A program made the position numbers and the translations under genes. The notes below the pieces were generated by a model. It was not told where the DNA came from and made no database searches. It saw only the letters and a program-made list of their open reading frames with translations. This document shows positions 11,399 through 22,759 of a stretch of 64,000 nt of DNA, one piece after another; within the stretch, counting starts at the first letter, position 1, and every line of letters begins with the position of its first letter. The stretch is from Corallochytrium limacisporum Hawaii. Lineage: Eukaryota > Protista > Pluriformea. The DNA lies in the NCBI GenBank assembly GCA_002811645.1, contig PDIP01000021.1, forward strand, positions 62,001 through 126,000, written 5' to 3'.

Positions 11399-12847
11399 AT
11401 GGCTTTGACTTCAGTCACGGTTAAATTAAAAGAAGTCCCACAATGGCTAGCAGACCGAAACTTAACAACAAAGACAGTCATGAAACTCGTGGATGATCTG
11501 CAAACTAAGTTCCGCAATCAACACTCACAAGGTCTATTTGCAGATTTCGTGACACCGGTGGATGATTTTTTGGGCGATTCGCCATACCTCCTAGCTATTT
11601 CATTGTTGCAACGGGGATTGGCAGTACGTGACAATAGCAAGACACTGCTTGGCTGGTACAAGGACCCTGAACTGGCCGTGCTTCAGGACATTGTTTACCA
11701 GTACGAACGCAAGGGTATTGCTTTGGCGGAGCTAACACAGATGCTCATTGACGGGCATGAGAACCTAAGACCGGGCATCCTCAGAAACATTGAAAGGGAG
11801 AATGGCAAGGTAAATGGATCGGAACGGACCATTTCAGATGCATCCCAAGCATGCACATATCACATTGCGAAACTGGGGAAAGAACTCAGCGCCTTAGGTG
11901 TGCAGACTGATCTTAAGGCTCCTGGCGACGTCTTCAATATGAGCATGGAAGAGTGCTTGGACAAAATTGTACAAGAATCACCAAACTTAGCTGCAGATCT
12001 GCTTGCAAATCTGCGCAGGATTGTTGATAGTGGAGCCGTACAGTTCTATGTGGACTTTTGCCGCCAGCGGGGCCTTACAGATCCCAAACTAGCGGACGTG
12101 GACATATTCCAATCTGAGTTATCCTATACACCGGATGAATTCCGTACCGATCTATCGAAGGCGTTATCGAGTGATCTAGACCAGACATCAAAAGCCATGG
12201 CTGATGTGGACTATGGCGGTGCCACCGCTGTTCATCATGACGACAACGACAGCATCGATTGGGGCGACTTCAATGTTGATGCACAAGAACAGGCGAATAT
12301 TGAAGTATCGATTGTTGAAAGTACGGGACACTACGCAGCTACAAATGCCATCCTTGCAAAGTATAAGTTTGATGATGGCAGTCGTGAACGATATCTTAAC
12401 CACTGCTACGAACTGCGCAGCTTCCTGCTGACTCTGCTCCACCAGATCACACAAGCAGATATGATCACTTCCGTGATGATTTCTGAAATGCCAGCCCATC
12501 TCAAACCTTGGCTTAAACCCAGTGCTCTAAGGGAGGTCATGGCACTCATCGCTACCGCGGTAGACCGACTACAGGACCCTGCAACACAGCAGCGGTTGCG
12601 TCTCTTGGAATCGGAAGCGGTCTGGGGTTCAATCCGGGAGCAGCTCGAGGACCTCGGTTCGGCAGTACTCCGGAGTCACCGCCGGCGCGAGGAGGGTGTG
12701 CTTACCCGCAACAGGGCCCGAGATCAATTGGACCATCTTGCTGAAGATCTCAAACACCTTGATATGCTCTTGGATCGCTTCCGCAGTCGGCTGCAAATGA
12801 TGCTGTGCGACAAGTGCAAAGTCGTGGAGGTGCGGATTGTCGCCTAG
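11399..12847 (+). CDS. CDK5RAP3: CDK5RAP3/C53 (UFMylation adaptor, DUF773)
   Basis: WLADR, SKTLLGWYKDP...IVYQYERKGIALAEL, central SIDWGD motif. Confidence 0.8.
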   Translation: MALTSVTVKLKEVPQWLADRNLTTKTVMKLVDDLQTKFRNQHSQGLFADFVTPVDDFLGDSPYLLAISLLQRGLAVRDNSKTLLGWYKDPELAVLQDIVYQYERKGIALAELTQMLIDGHENLRPGILRNIERENGKVNGSERTISDASQACTYHIAKLGKELSALGVQTDLKAPGDVFNMSMEECLDKIVQESPNLAADLLANLRRIVDSGAVQFYVDFCRQRGLTDPKLADVDIFQSELSYTPDEFRTDLSKALSSDLDQTSKAMADVDYGGATAVHHDDNDSIDWGDFNVDAQEQANIEVSIVESTGHYAATNAILAKYKFDDGSRERYLNHCYELRSFLLTLLHQITQADMITSVMISEMPAHLKPWLKPSALREVMALIATAVDRLQDPATQQRLRLLESEAVWGSIREQLEDLGSAVLRSHRRREEGVLTRNRARDQLDHLAEDLKHLDMLLDRFRSRLQMMLCDKCKVVEVRIVA

Positions 12848-12986
12848 CGAAAATGAGCCGGGGCCTATTTCCCCTCCCTCCTTTGAATCGGGAAAGAAGG
12901 CAGGGTCTCATCATCAGCTGCAGGGTCTCACTGGTACTACAGGAAGACACCTGCTGAGACCATGAGATCGAGTTCTCACCGACATC

Positions 12987-13934
12987 ATGGTCGAACGAAT
13001 TTTAATCTTTGCATGTGAAGCATTTGGAACAAAAACGATGGGACAGGAGACCACATGTGAATCCGGACAAAATCAGGTCCCGCTGGTTCAGAATGATCGA
13101 CTGTCGGATTGTGCGAAGAAGATCATGAATCTACTGAGTGAGGATGGCGACATGTGTTTGACTTATCAGAAGATATGTGAGTACTTTGACAAGAAGACGT
13201 CTACCAAAACGATATCTGAGCCACTGCTTATTGCAATCACGGGGCTGCACATAAGCCTCTGTGCAGACTCCTGCAAGGAATACGATAAGCTGGTGGACGA
13301 GATAACGTCCCTGTACGGTGCTATATTCCAGATGGAAACTGACTTTGGGGATTTAAACGAAGAGAATAAGCGTCTTCGTTGGCGATTACACAAGACCATT
13401 GAAGATGTAGGCCGTGAGAGTGAGTCTTTGGAAAGGCATGAATCCTTGCTCCGACAGTATGAGGCTGAAGCTATAGTAGCGAAAGAGACCGTGGTCTCAG
13501 TCTCTGAGGAACGCCGAAGAACTGTGGACTCGTTGAAGCTGAGCCACGCCCATGAGGTGACAACTCTGCAGACAAAACATCAACACACCATCACAGAGCT
13601 TCAGATGGCCTTTGCAAGCAAGGAGGATGATCTTACATGTCAGATTTCGTCCTTGAAGGAGACGTTGGCGCAAGTGGAGGAAGCCCACACACTTGAACTA
13701 ATGAAGTTGCGTCTGCAGCGTGAGGAAGCCCAGATTAGCCAAGTTCCCGTGCTGCACACCATGAATTGTGCCACTGCTGAATCATCCCCAATTCTCGACC
13801 AGCAGTATTGGCAGGAACAATTCCGAAAGACCATTCACAAGAAGGACGAAGAGATCCGGCAGTTGAAACATGAACGGGAACAGCTCCTCAATGATATTGC
13901 ACGATCCAAGAGCACGAAACGTCGTCGGTGCTAA
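12987..13934 (+). CDS. Coiled-coil protein, CCDC152-like
   Basis: Long heptad region; HTLELMKLRLQ...QQYWQEQFRKTIHKKDEEIRQLKHE resembles the CCDC152 C-terminus. Confidence 0.55.
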   Translation: MVERILIFACEAFGTKTMGQETTCESGQNQVPLVQNDRLSDCAKKIMNLLSEDGDMCLTYQKICEYFDKKTSTKTISEPLLIAITGLHISLCADSCKEYDKLVDEITSLYGAIFQMETDFGDLNEENKRLRWRLHKTIEDVGRESESLERHESLLRQYEAEAIVAKETVVSVSEERRRTVDSLKLSHAHEVTTLQTKHQHTITELQMAFASKEDDLTCQISSLKETLAQVEEAHTLELMKLRLQREEAQISQVPVLHTMNCATAESSPILDQQYWQEQFRKTIHKKDEEIRQLKHEREQLLNDIARSKSTKRRRC

Positions 13935-13960
13935 AGACATATTTGTATTATGCAGAACAC

Positions 13961-13976
13961 AGAGAGAGAGAGAGAG
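13961..13976. repeat. (AG)8 microsatellite
   Basis: agagagagagagagag just after the stop of the coiled-coil gene. Confidence 0.9.
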
Positions 13977-15512
13977 TTTTATGGTAAAAGCGTTCAGAAT
14001 GAGATCATGGGACAAAATTCACACGGGTTCGTATGTAACTGCTCCCCATTCTCTTCCTCCGCGCCATGCTTCCAACCAAATTGTTGTCTTTTACTCACTG
14101 GTGCAGGGATTCGGTCATACTGGGTTCCTCTCTAAGCGGTCGATAACTCTGGTCATACTTAGGATGGCGTTTTTGCATAGTCCATGTTTACGAAAGGATC
14201 CGTACAAATGATATTTGTCCCGATCCGCATTGACAGCTTGGAAACTTTGGGCTGCTTTATGCCATCAAATGCCCGTGGTGTTGCTTTCGTTTCAGAATGG
14301 ACCAATTTGGATAAGTCAGCTAATTGAAATACAACACTCTTGAGATAGATGATGACCCGGTCTTGCTGGCCACGGGCGTAAAGCAATCTGACACGTGAGT
14401 AACTGTATCACGCTCACCATTTCACTTACAACACAATCCGCGCAGCTTGCAGCTGTCACCGGTCGTACTCAGCAAAGAGCAATGTATGATGCAACGATAA
14501 GGTATACATGATAGGATCATGGCAGGAATAACACACCCGCAGACACCCGTTGCGCAGATGTGTGCCTGGAATGTTCCATCGTCCGTCCAACTCACCCGGG
14601 TCCCCATTTCCCCCCTCTTCCCACCGCGCAGCCTTCCAATCCCCCGCCCACTGTTTGCTATGGGTAACCATGCAGCCCCGCGGTTCTCCAAGCCTTTGCA
14701 AACGATGGGGAGGGAATCGCAGACTGCTAAGTACCACGAACTGCACCGGAGACCTTTCCGGGGGTATGGCGCTAACGGGAGCTATGGGAGACGAGGCACA
14801 TATGCACATGTACATGCAACGGCAGCTTAGTCTCCTCCTAGGACAAACTTGATGTGCGACAGTTCGACGAAGATGATGATGACGATGTAGGACTGTGTAT
14901 CCCCGACATTTTCCCAAAAACAATCTCCATCTTGTGTCTCTTCATCAATAAGCACCGTACTCTACACCATGTCATAAACCTTGCCGGGACAGGAAAACGG
15001 AGGATGTGCGGGATTCCATGTGACAGCCACTAGCCTGCCAAGCTCACCACCGTTGTGTGTATCTACGAACGGCTGCTGCGTCAATATAAAAGACTTTGGG
15101 TTCTGTAGCTCCTTGTATGCAGAAAGTCAAGTCAACTCCCTTATCAGTTCTGATCTTAAACAGCTGTGTTCCTCAACGCACAGATGCTGACGGTGTGCGG
15201 CCAATACTCTCAAGTAGCACACAGCAATGACAGCCACCAGGAATGGCAACCGTATCGAAAATATCAGGTGAATCCACTTTCCCTCATTCTGAAATTACCA
15301 AGCCTTAGTGCAAATATGGCAACTTTGTTCCACCAAGAATTGACTGCAGAACTTGTTTGATCATTTGATTATATTACGCACGAATCACAGGGACCCCCGG
15401 AGGGGTGGACACAAGGGAACTCCCACTAGCACAATCGTAATCAACATGCATCATCGTCCGCTGACAGTCGATGCAATTAAACACTATGTATTTTATACAG
15501 CTGTACTCTAAA

Positions 15513-16235
15513 TCAATCATCCTGGCCGAAAGCAAAGCCACCAGGCCGCGGTGCGTCCGGGTTGGCTTCCTCCACGGGTTCTGCGGGGCCTTCGAAGAGC
15601 CACTTGATCACGGTCGGAGTGGCTAGAAGCCGTATCTCCTTACCAGTGCGACGAGTAGTTTCTGGGAAAACGTCCGCCAGTACATAGTAGATGTGTCCCA
15701 CACCAATACCAAGAAGGTCCATAATCGGACTATGTCCCAGAGTCAGGCCGAATGCCATCAGCACCCATGGCAGGTATGGTGCTGTGAAGTTGAACGCGCC
15801 CAGGAAGTTCATCAGCGCATACGGGTTCCGCCGGCTCCAGACGTAGACCATGCAGAACACTAAAGCACTACCAAAGAAGAAACTATGTACGAACGGTGCA
15901 ACGAGTGTCAGTAGAGTGGCGCAGAACAACAGCATGTAGAAGAAGTCTGCTGGTTTGTTGCGGAACTGAGGTCCCGTCTCGAGTAACTGGGCGTACCGCA
16001 CAAGGAAGTACATATGGAAAAAGAAATCTAACCCTATTTTCCCGAAGAAGAGGAAGTGTGTGATAAGGCGCCAGTATTCTCGCTTCCACATGATCCGCTC
16101 CCAATTGAAGGTGAGCTGCAGGAATGAAACGAAGTCGAACTGTACTGCGAAACTGACGGCAGCACAAGCCGTCATATATGTCCGGGTGATCGGGGGAAGT
16201 TGGTGAAACCACCCAAATACTCCGTCGTCCGCCAT
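15513..16235 (-). CDS. DERL2: Derlin-2/3 (ERAD)
   Basis: PPITRTY, EYWRLITHFLFFG, FFFHMYFLVRY, VYVWSRRNP, APYLPWV, GHIYYVLADVFP. Confidence 0.93.
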   Translation of the reverse strand: MADDGVFGWFHQLPPITRTYMTACAAVSFAVQFDFVSFLQLTFNWERIMWKREYWRLITHFLFFGKIGLDFFFHMYFLVRYAQLLETGPQFRNKPADFFYMLLFCATLLTLVAPFVHSFFFGSALVFCMVYVWSRRNPYALMNFLGAFNFTAPYLPWVLMAFGLTLGHSPIMDLLGIGVGHIYYVLADVFPETTRRTGKEIRLLATPTVIKWLFEGPAEPVEEANPDAPRPGGFAFGQDD

Positions 16236-16937
16236 GGTTTCTTCTCTGTTCGTCTACGTAAGCACGATCTCAAACTATTTGCTCCACTCCCGAAGGAATT
16301 TGCGTACTTTGTTATTCTTTAACGCCAGTGCCTCTCAATGTTATCACAGCTTCAACGATCTCAACTATTCTAAATGCCCAAGCTTTTTGAATCTTAAGTC
16401 ACTGAGTACCATAACATAACCCCTAATGTATGATAAAATACTAACTCGTCAGTTTCATTCCGCTTAGTAAGACGCAGGTCAAGGTCCGATCGCTGCCAAC
16501 ACCACTGCATTCGGCGATGGGGCGGGCGGTAAACGCATCGATAGTGCCCGTGGCAGTCGGTCGACTTGGCCTGCGCTGATTCGTCCAAGGGGTGAGGGGG
16601 GGGGGGGGGGAGGAGGAGGAGCATTAAACCAAAAAGCCAAAAAGCCATAACGTGTCACAAGTGCAGTGTAAATGTACTGCCGTCGAGTATTGGGGGATGT
16701 TGGGGCAGTAGTGGTTGTTCTCTTGTGTTTGTTGGGTACGTCTTGACCTCGGGCGGAGGGGTGTTTGGGTGTCCTTTCAGTCTTGTTTTCGGCTCGAAAC
16801 TTCAAGCTAGTTGAAGAACAAGTGTACACAATAGAGCACTGGTCGAAGGCTAAGAGGAACAACGGTGAGACGACTTTTCCATGTCGACAATCAATAGTGT
16901 TTTCGCTCCAAATTAGAGAGTTTGTGATATCTCCACG

Positions 16938-18227
16938 ATGAACAGGACGGCATTTATCTGTCTCGTGGTTGGTGTGCTGATGGCACTAACTCTGCCTGCC
17001 AGTGCTTTCTACGATAGCAGCAAGGATGTGATTCAGCTTACTCCTGAGAACTTTGATCGCCTCGTCATTGATACAGACGAGCCTTGGATCATTGAATTCT
17101 ACGCACCGTGGTGTGGCCACTGCAAGTCCATGGTTCCGGAATGGAAGAAGGCTGCAAAGGGTTTGGCTGGAATTGTGAAGGTGGGTGCTGTAGATGCAGA
17201 TGCGCACCAGTCCTTGGCTGCTAAGTATGGTGTGCGCGGATTCCCAACGATCAAGACCTTCGGCTCGGACAAGTCAAAGCCTAATGACCATGCCGGAGAG
17301 CGTGTTGCGTCTGCATTCATTAGCAGTGCCCTGCGTACCGCCAAGGATGTTGCGTTGGCCCGTGCAGAGGGTAAGTCCCAGGGCGGCTCTGCGAAGAGCG
17401 GAGGATCTTCAGGCGGTGGTTACGGTAGCCCCAACGAACCCGGTGGCGGCCGAAACGTGGTAAAGCTGAATCAGGCCAACTTTAAGGAGAAAGTCCTAGA
17501 CAGTCAGGAAGCTTGGATGGTTGAATTTTATGCCCCATGGTGCGGACACTGTAAGACTTTGGCTCCCGAATGGGCCAAAGCGGCCGATGAACTGGTGCAC
17601 TCTGGAGTGAAGCTTGGCGCAGTGGACGCTACGGTGGAGAGCGGACTGGCATCTCAGTTCGGCGTCCAGGGCTACCCAACGATTAAGGTCTTCCGACCCG
17701 GCAAGAAGAGTGGCGCTGAGGATTACAACGGTGCACGTACTGCGAACGACATCGTGGCCTTTGCCTCTGAACTAACTCCTCCTCCGGAAGTTACCGAGAT
17801 GATCAATAACGAAATCTTCGAGAATCTGTGCAAGGAGAAGAAGGGTACCTGTATTCTAAACTTTGTGCCTCACATTCTTGACACGAACGCGAAGGAGCGC
17901 AATGGATACATCTCCACTTTGAAGAATCTAGCTGAACAGCACAAGGGTTTCCCATTCCAGTGGCTGTGGGCCGAAGGTGGTCAGCACATGGACTTTGAGG
18001 AGAAGCTCGGTGTTGGCGGCTTCGGTTACCCGGCCGTTGTGGCCGTGAATATGAGCAAAGGACGTTACGCGGTACTGCGGGGTGCTCCTTCCGAGCAGGG
18101 CATCAAACAGTTCATCGATCGTCTGCAGACCGGTGGTGAGGCAACTATTCCTGTACCGCCTCTGCCTACACTGAAAGCTCAGAGTCCTTGGGATGGGAAG
18201 GACGGTACTCTGCCAGATGAGCTGTAA
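16938..18227 (+). CDS. PDIA6: Protein disulfide-isomerase A6 (P5)
   Basis: Signal peptide, two APWCGHCK thioredoxin domains, GGFGYPA, PWDGKDG, C-terminal PDEL. Confidence 0.95.
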   Translation: MNRTAFICLVVGVLMALTLPASAFYDSSKDVIQLTPENFDRLVIDTDEPWIIEFYAPWCGHCKSMVPEWKKAAKGLAGIVKVGAVDADAHQSLAAKYGVRGFPTIKTFGSDKSKPNDHAGERVASAFISSALRTAKDVALARAEGKSQGGSAKSGGSSGGGYGSPNEPGGGRNVVKLNQANFKEKVLDSQEAWMVEFYAPWCGHCKTLAPEWAKAADELVHSGVKLGAVDATVESGLASQFGVQGYPTIKVFRPGKKSGAEDYNGARTANDIVAFASELTPPPEVTEMINNEIFENLCKEKKGTCILNFVPHILDTNAKERNGYISTLKNLAEQHKGFPFQWLWAEGGQHMDFEEKLGVGGFGYPAVVAVNMSKGRYAVLRGAPSEQGIKQFIDRLQTGGEATIPVPPLPTLKAQSPWDGKDGTLPDEL

Positions 18228-18338
18228 GAAAGAAGATCGTCACAATTACATACAAAGATCCATAGAACCTGTCACACTATACACCTTAGACATTTGGTAC
18301 TTTAGTTTCACAAAAGATTTCATTGGAGGACGGAGGGA

Positions 18339-18905
18339 TCAGCCAGCAAGTACATCTGCATTCCGCGTGAACTCCCGTTTCTCGACCTTCACTTCTTGGT
18401 TGTGCAGAGCATAGTAGTACACCACCATCTTTGGTCCTTGAATGTCCATCAATACAAAACTGGGCACTGCTTCCTCGCCATCTTCATTAGGAGCCCCCGT
18501 TGCAGATCCTGGATTGATGAAAACATTGCCTGCGATGTCGTAGGCTTCGAAAGTGTGCGTATTTCCAGACAGTAGGACATCTACATTAAGCTTTCTCTGC
18601 ACCATGGCCAGACCTTCTCTATTTCCGGCAGGAAGGATTTGATGGCCATGGATCACTCCAACCTTCCAGTCTCCGATATGCATGACCAGTTCTTCCGGCA
18701 AGCTCTGGTCGATGTCAAAGTCTCCGCGCACACACTGAACATCTCCTGCAAGCGTCTGGAAGTATTCAATCTGATCTTTCGAGCAGAGATTTCCCGTTCC
18801 GAGGATGTGTTGGATACGTCCCGGTACCAGGAGTTTGCGGAACTTTGCCGGCAAAGCAGCCCTCCGGTGAGGGATATGCATGTCTCCAATCACAAGTACC
18901 AGCAT
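18339..18905 (-). CDS. VPS29: Retromer subunit VPS29
   Basis: MLVLVIGDMHIPHR..LPAKFRKLLVPGRIQHIL.TGNL, VRGDFD, INPGSATGA, PSFVLMDIQ. Confidence 0.96.
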   Translation of the reverse strand: MLVLVIGDMHIPHRRAALPAKFRKLLVPGRIQHILGTGNLCSKDQIEYFQTLAGDVQCVRGDFDIDQSLPEELVMHIGDWKVGVIHGHQILPAGNREGLAMVQRKLNVDVLLSGNTHTFEAYDIAGNVFINPGSATGAPNEDGEEAVPSFVLMDIQGPKMVVYYYALHNQEVKVEKREFTRNADVLAG

Positions 18906-19577
18906 TGTTTACTTCTGCTCCCAATTTATCAACTTGATAGCGTAAGCCGTCCCAATGGATACTGTTCCGTTCCCGATCTAAACTTGAGCTATGTCTCGTC
19001 TGTAAACTTATTTCGCTATTCTAAGGATACTGCGCCCTAAGCACTGTAATGCCCTGACACTATGAACTCAAATACCCTCTGGATTAGACTCTGTGTTGCC
19101 GCAGAACTCAGTTGCAGTCCGAATGGCCCCCCATCCGAATACTGCCAGCTCAGCCCCAAGCGGGGGGGGTCCGAACATATCATTTCCCACCATGGGAGCA
19201 GATTCCGGTTTCGGGGGACCAGGGTCCCTTTTTTTTGCCTTGCCCGACGGGGGAGGCGTCTCCAAAAGGCAAAACAGCCACTGATTTGACAATTTTTCTC
19301 TGAAAGCTCCGCACTGGGAAAGGACAGAGGTGGCTGGCAGGTCGGTAGAGAAGCGGGTATTGGGTCCGGGGACTCAGAGGATCCCGAGAGACGCGGCGCA
19401 ACCATGCTGCGTGCAGAGGCTCTTTGACGGTTTATGGTTGGGCCCAGTTCCTTACGGCATGTCGGGTACTTGTAATTTGCTGGAGAGGTACCACCAGTGA
19501 TGTTGTCAACTTAAATTATGGGTTGAAAGTTAGGTGGATAAGCAGCAGAGGATGTGATCGTATAGAGAACGAGAAGA

Positions 19578-20372
19578 ATGTCAAAGCAGGGAGTAACGGT
19601 TCACGCAGAGGGCCCTGTCGGGTCCCAGCGCTTGGAACGCTATAACCAGTTTATACAAAGTCTTCTTCAGGAACTTCATGACCGCGAACACGAGGATGGC
19701 TGCGAGTTGGCGGTAATTCCATACGAAATGAAGGAAAAGATTCGGATGTTCCCCGCCTCATTATACGGAGATGCGGAACTGAACGTCTGGGCGACGAGGA
19801 CGTGTGTTGATCGGTATTTGAACTGGTCAGGGGGTAATCCAATGTTGACTACACAACGTATGATCGCCACCAGTGGGTGGCGCTGTGGAGAACTACGAAA
19901 GATGCTCTCGACCATGTCGGGGGACCTGGTTCGCTCTCCGGAAGTCTACATGGATGGTTATGACAGTATGGGCCGGCCCATCATCGTCATCCGTGCTGCT
20001 GATTTACTTGATGCGTACCCTGGAGAACCGGGTATTCGTAAAATTGTTAATTTGCTGGAAGAGTGTATGGGGTACTCTCGCCATGCCCAAGTATCCTCCA
20101 AAATCAAAACGAAAGAGTCAGTGTCATGGCTGGTGGATATGCACGGCATCTTAGGACAAGCCTTTGACGCACAAGCCCGTGGTATGGTGGGACAACTGAT
20201 CAAGTTGTTGCGCTTCCATTATCCATACCATCAGGGAAAAATTATCATCGCCAATGCTCCATGGTACTACGCGATCGCACAGCTGATCGGTTACTTTATG
20301 CTCGACCGGGATGTATACAACAGCCTTGAATGGGTCAGTGGCGACATTGAAGAACTGAATAAAAACATGTAA
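19578..20372 (+). CDS. CRAL-TRIO (Sec14-like) lipid-binding protein
   Basis: GYDSMGRPIIVIR, WLVDMHG, LLRFHYPYHQGKIIIANAPWYY. Confidence 0.8.
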   Translation: MSKQGVTVHAEGPVGSQRLERYNQFIQSLLQELHDREHEDGCELAVIPYEMKEKIRMFPASLYGDAELNVWATRTCVDRYLNWSGGNPMLTTQRMIATSGWRCGELRKMLSTMSGDLVRSPEVYMDGYDSMGRPIIVIRAADLLDAYPGEPGIRKIVNLLEECMGYSRHAQVSSKIKTKESVSWLVDMHGILGQAFDAQARGMVGQLIKLLRFHYPYHQGKIIIANAPWYYAIAQLIGYFMLDRDVYNSLEWVSGDIEELNKNM

Positions 20373-20722
20373 ATAGACGTCATTTACCCATCTCATTCAC
20401 ATCATCATCTTAAGCTGTAGCAGGCCTTTCGGAGAATCCCGGGCCACGTCGAAACCGATGAAAATTAGGCCCCCGTACAATTGGTCCCTGCGAGCAAGCC
20501 ACACAGTCGGCGAAGTATAAGGACGGGCTCGCTTCCGCTGGCCGTCCCTGCAATAATATAAACAACGAAATGGTCAAACCCTCTCTCCCTGCCACGACGG
20601 TGGCGCGAAAGACAACCGGTCCGAGGGATGGGGGGGGGGAGGCAAATATGGGAATCCCCCCATCCAACCCCTCCTTTTGCCCTTTCGCTCTTCCGCAGTG
20701 GAGCGGGGCGAAGGAGCCCCCC

Positions 20723-20946
20723 NNNNNNNNNNNNNNNNNNNNNNNNNNNNNNNNNNNNNNNNNNNNNNNNNNNNNNNNNNNNNNNNNNNNNNNNNNNNNN
20801 NNNNNNNNNNNNNNNNNNNNNNNNNNNNNNNNNNNNNNNNNNNNNNNNNNNNNNNNNNNNNNNNNNNNNNNNNNNNNNNNNNNNNNNNNNNNNNNNNNNN
20901 NNNNNNNNNNNNNNNNNNNNNNNNNNNNNNNNNNNNNNNNNNNNNN
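20723..20946. other. Assembly gap (224 N) inside a GC-rich intergenic island
   Basis: N run with a C tract on its left side. Confidence 1.
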
Positions 20947-21464
20947 GAGGGCAAGTGACGGGGCGGGGTAACTGTGTGTAGAACCGTCCGCGCTCAAAGA
21001 CCCGAACCGAGGCGTGGCGGAGGGGGGGGGGGGCCGAAAAGGAAAACTGGGTCCCCCGCGGTGCATTCGTGGTCCCGCGGGTAGGGGCTGTGGATGATTC
21101 TCTATGCCAAAGAGAAGCTACGCCGGGAGAAGTCTCTTCGGTCCGAACCGAGGCGGGTAGCATGGGGTGCTTGCCGGGTCAGAGTGTTGATAAGGTTGCC
21201 TAACGCGCACTAGGCTAGAACCGTCCGAGGGTTTGGACTCTGACTTTTCTAGCTCATGTTGTGTGCTTAAGTCATGGTATGAAAAAATTGACTCGTCATT
21301 TCCTTTGGGTTGCCACTCATAATCAGACGTCTGCGTGCATCTATGCCTGACGGTTGAAAAGGGGCTCGGAACAGGCGGTTGTGTAGCCCATGTAGAGGTT
21401 GACGTTAGGTTTTTAGTCTGGATATTTCTTAGTAGGTATACGGGCTTGCTTCCCTTAGATAACC

Positions 21465-22196
21465 ATGCCGCCCAAGAAGAAAGCCACACCAGCCAAGAGG
21501 GCTGTTCAGGTAACTCCCACGGACGTGATGTTGTTCATACCGAATGTGATCGGGTACTTCCGACTGATCTTGCTCATGCTTTCGGTGAGCTATGCTTTCA
21601 GTGACGCAACCAAGACATTCTGGTTTTACTTTTGGGGAGCTCTGCTGGATATGACCGACGGCTACGCTGCGCGTAAGTTTGGCCAGAGTTCAAAGTTGGG
21701 AGCAGTGCTTGATATGGTAACTGATCGCGTGGCGTTCTGTTTGATGACCTGCGTAGTAGCTAGTCTCGTCAAGGACTGGGAAGAGACCGGTTGGTGGTGG
21801 TCTACTCTATGCTATGTTATTGCAGGTATTGACCTGTGCAGCCACTGGTTCCACACGAGTGCTTCACTTTACGCTTCAGAACAGTCACACAAGGCAACGG
21901 GAGACGACAAGAATTGGATGCTGAATGCGTACTACTCCAACCGGGCCCTACTGGCCTTCCTATGCTTTGGTAATGAGGCATTCTTCGCGGGTCTTTACAT
22001 CATGGCCTGGCTGCCGAATGGACAAGATTACGTTGTCGAATTCCAGGGACAGCCCGTTCACCTGGTGTTCACGGGCACTGCTCTGTTTGCGCCCATCATG
22101 GCCGCCAAAACAGCGATTAGCATAGTTCAAATGTGGGAAGCAATCAAGGTCATCTCACGTATCGATGCCGTGGAGCATTCGGCCAAGCTGAAGTAA
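21465..22196 (+). CDS. CDIPT: Phosphatidylinositol synthase
   Basis: LFIPNVIGYFR; CDP-alcohol phosphotransferase motif DMTDGYAARKFGQSSKLGAVLDMVTDR; DLCSHW; GNEAF. Confidence 0.95.
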   Translation: MPPKKKATPAKRAVQVTPTDVMLFIPNVIGYFRLILLMLSVSYAFSDATKTFWFYFWGALLDMTDGYAARKFGQSSKLGAVLDMVTDRVAFCLMTCVVASLVKDWEETGWWWSTLCYVIAGIDLCSHWFHTSASLYASEQSHKATGDDKNWMLNAYYSNRALLAFLCFGNEAFFAGLYIMAWLPNGQDYVVEFQGQPVHLVFTGTALFAPIMAAKTAISIVQMWEAIKVISRIDAVEHSAKLK

Positions 22197-22759
22197 ATGG
22201 AATGCTTTTGGCTTGCAATCCTTTCCATCGCCAAGGAGGATGTCTTCTGTAGAGGATTTCATGCTGCTGTCTTTTCTCCCATACTTTCGGATACACAAAT
22301 GCCACTCAGTGCAAACTGAAATCACAATTTTTAATATACTTTATTTTAAAAATAGCTCATTTATTATTCAAAAGTATATATTTTTATATACGGATTTTTT
22401 GTTAGTTTACAACCAATCACTAAACTCAGGACCCCCGGCATAACGAATGGGAACGCTAAGGAGGGAATGCCAGGCGACCGGTGGCTTTTCAGTAGAAATT
22501 CAATCACCGCAATGTTTCAGACTACACACCCCGGACGTGATGGGGGCCCCGCCGGGATACACCCATAATTGACGACTACTCCTCTTCGTTCTACTCCGAA
22601 CACGAGTGTTCAGGGTGAATAGAACTCTGCGAACGATCGCATATTTAAACCTTACCATGAAGGCATCCTTGCAAACTCCGCAGAAAGAATTAAACGCGGT
22701 GCACAGCAGTGCGAGTCGAAACGCAATTTTCATACCACGCAGATTCCGAAATTGTAACA

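Noticed and set aside
22320-22410. Unusually AT-rich stretch
   Set aside because: Compatible with a 3' UTR or terminator of CDIPT; no other evidence of function
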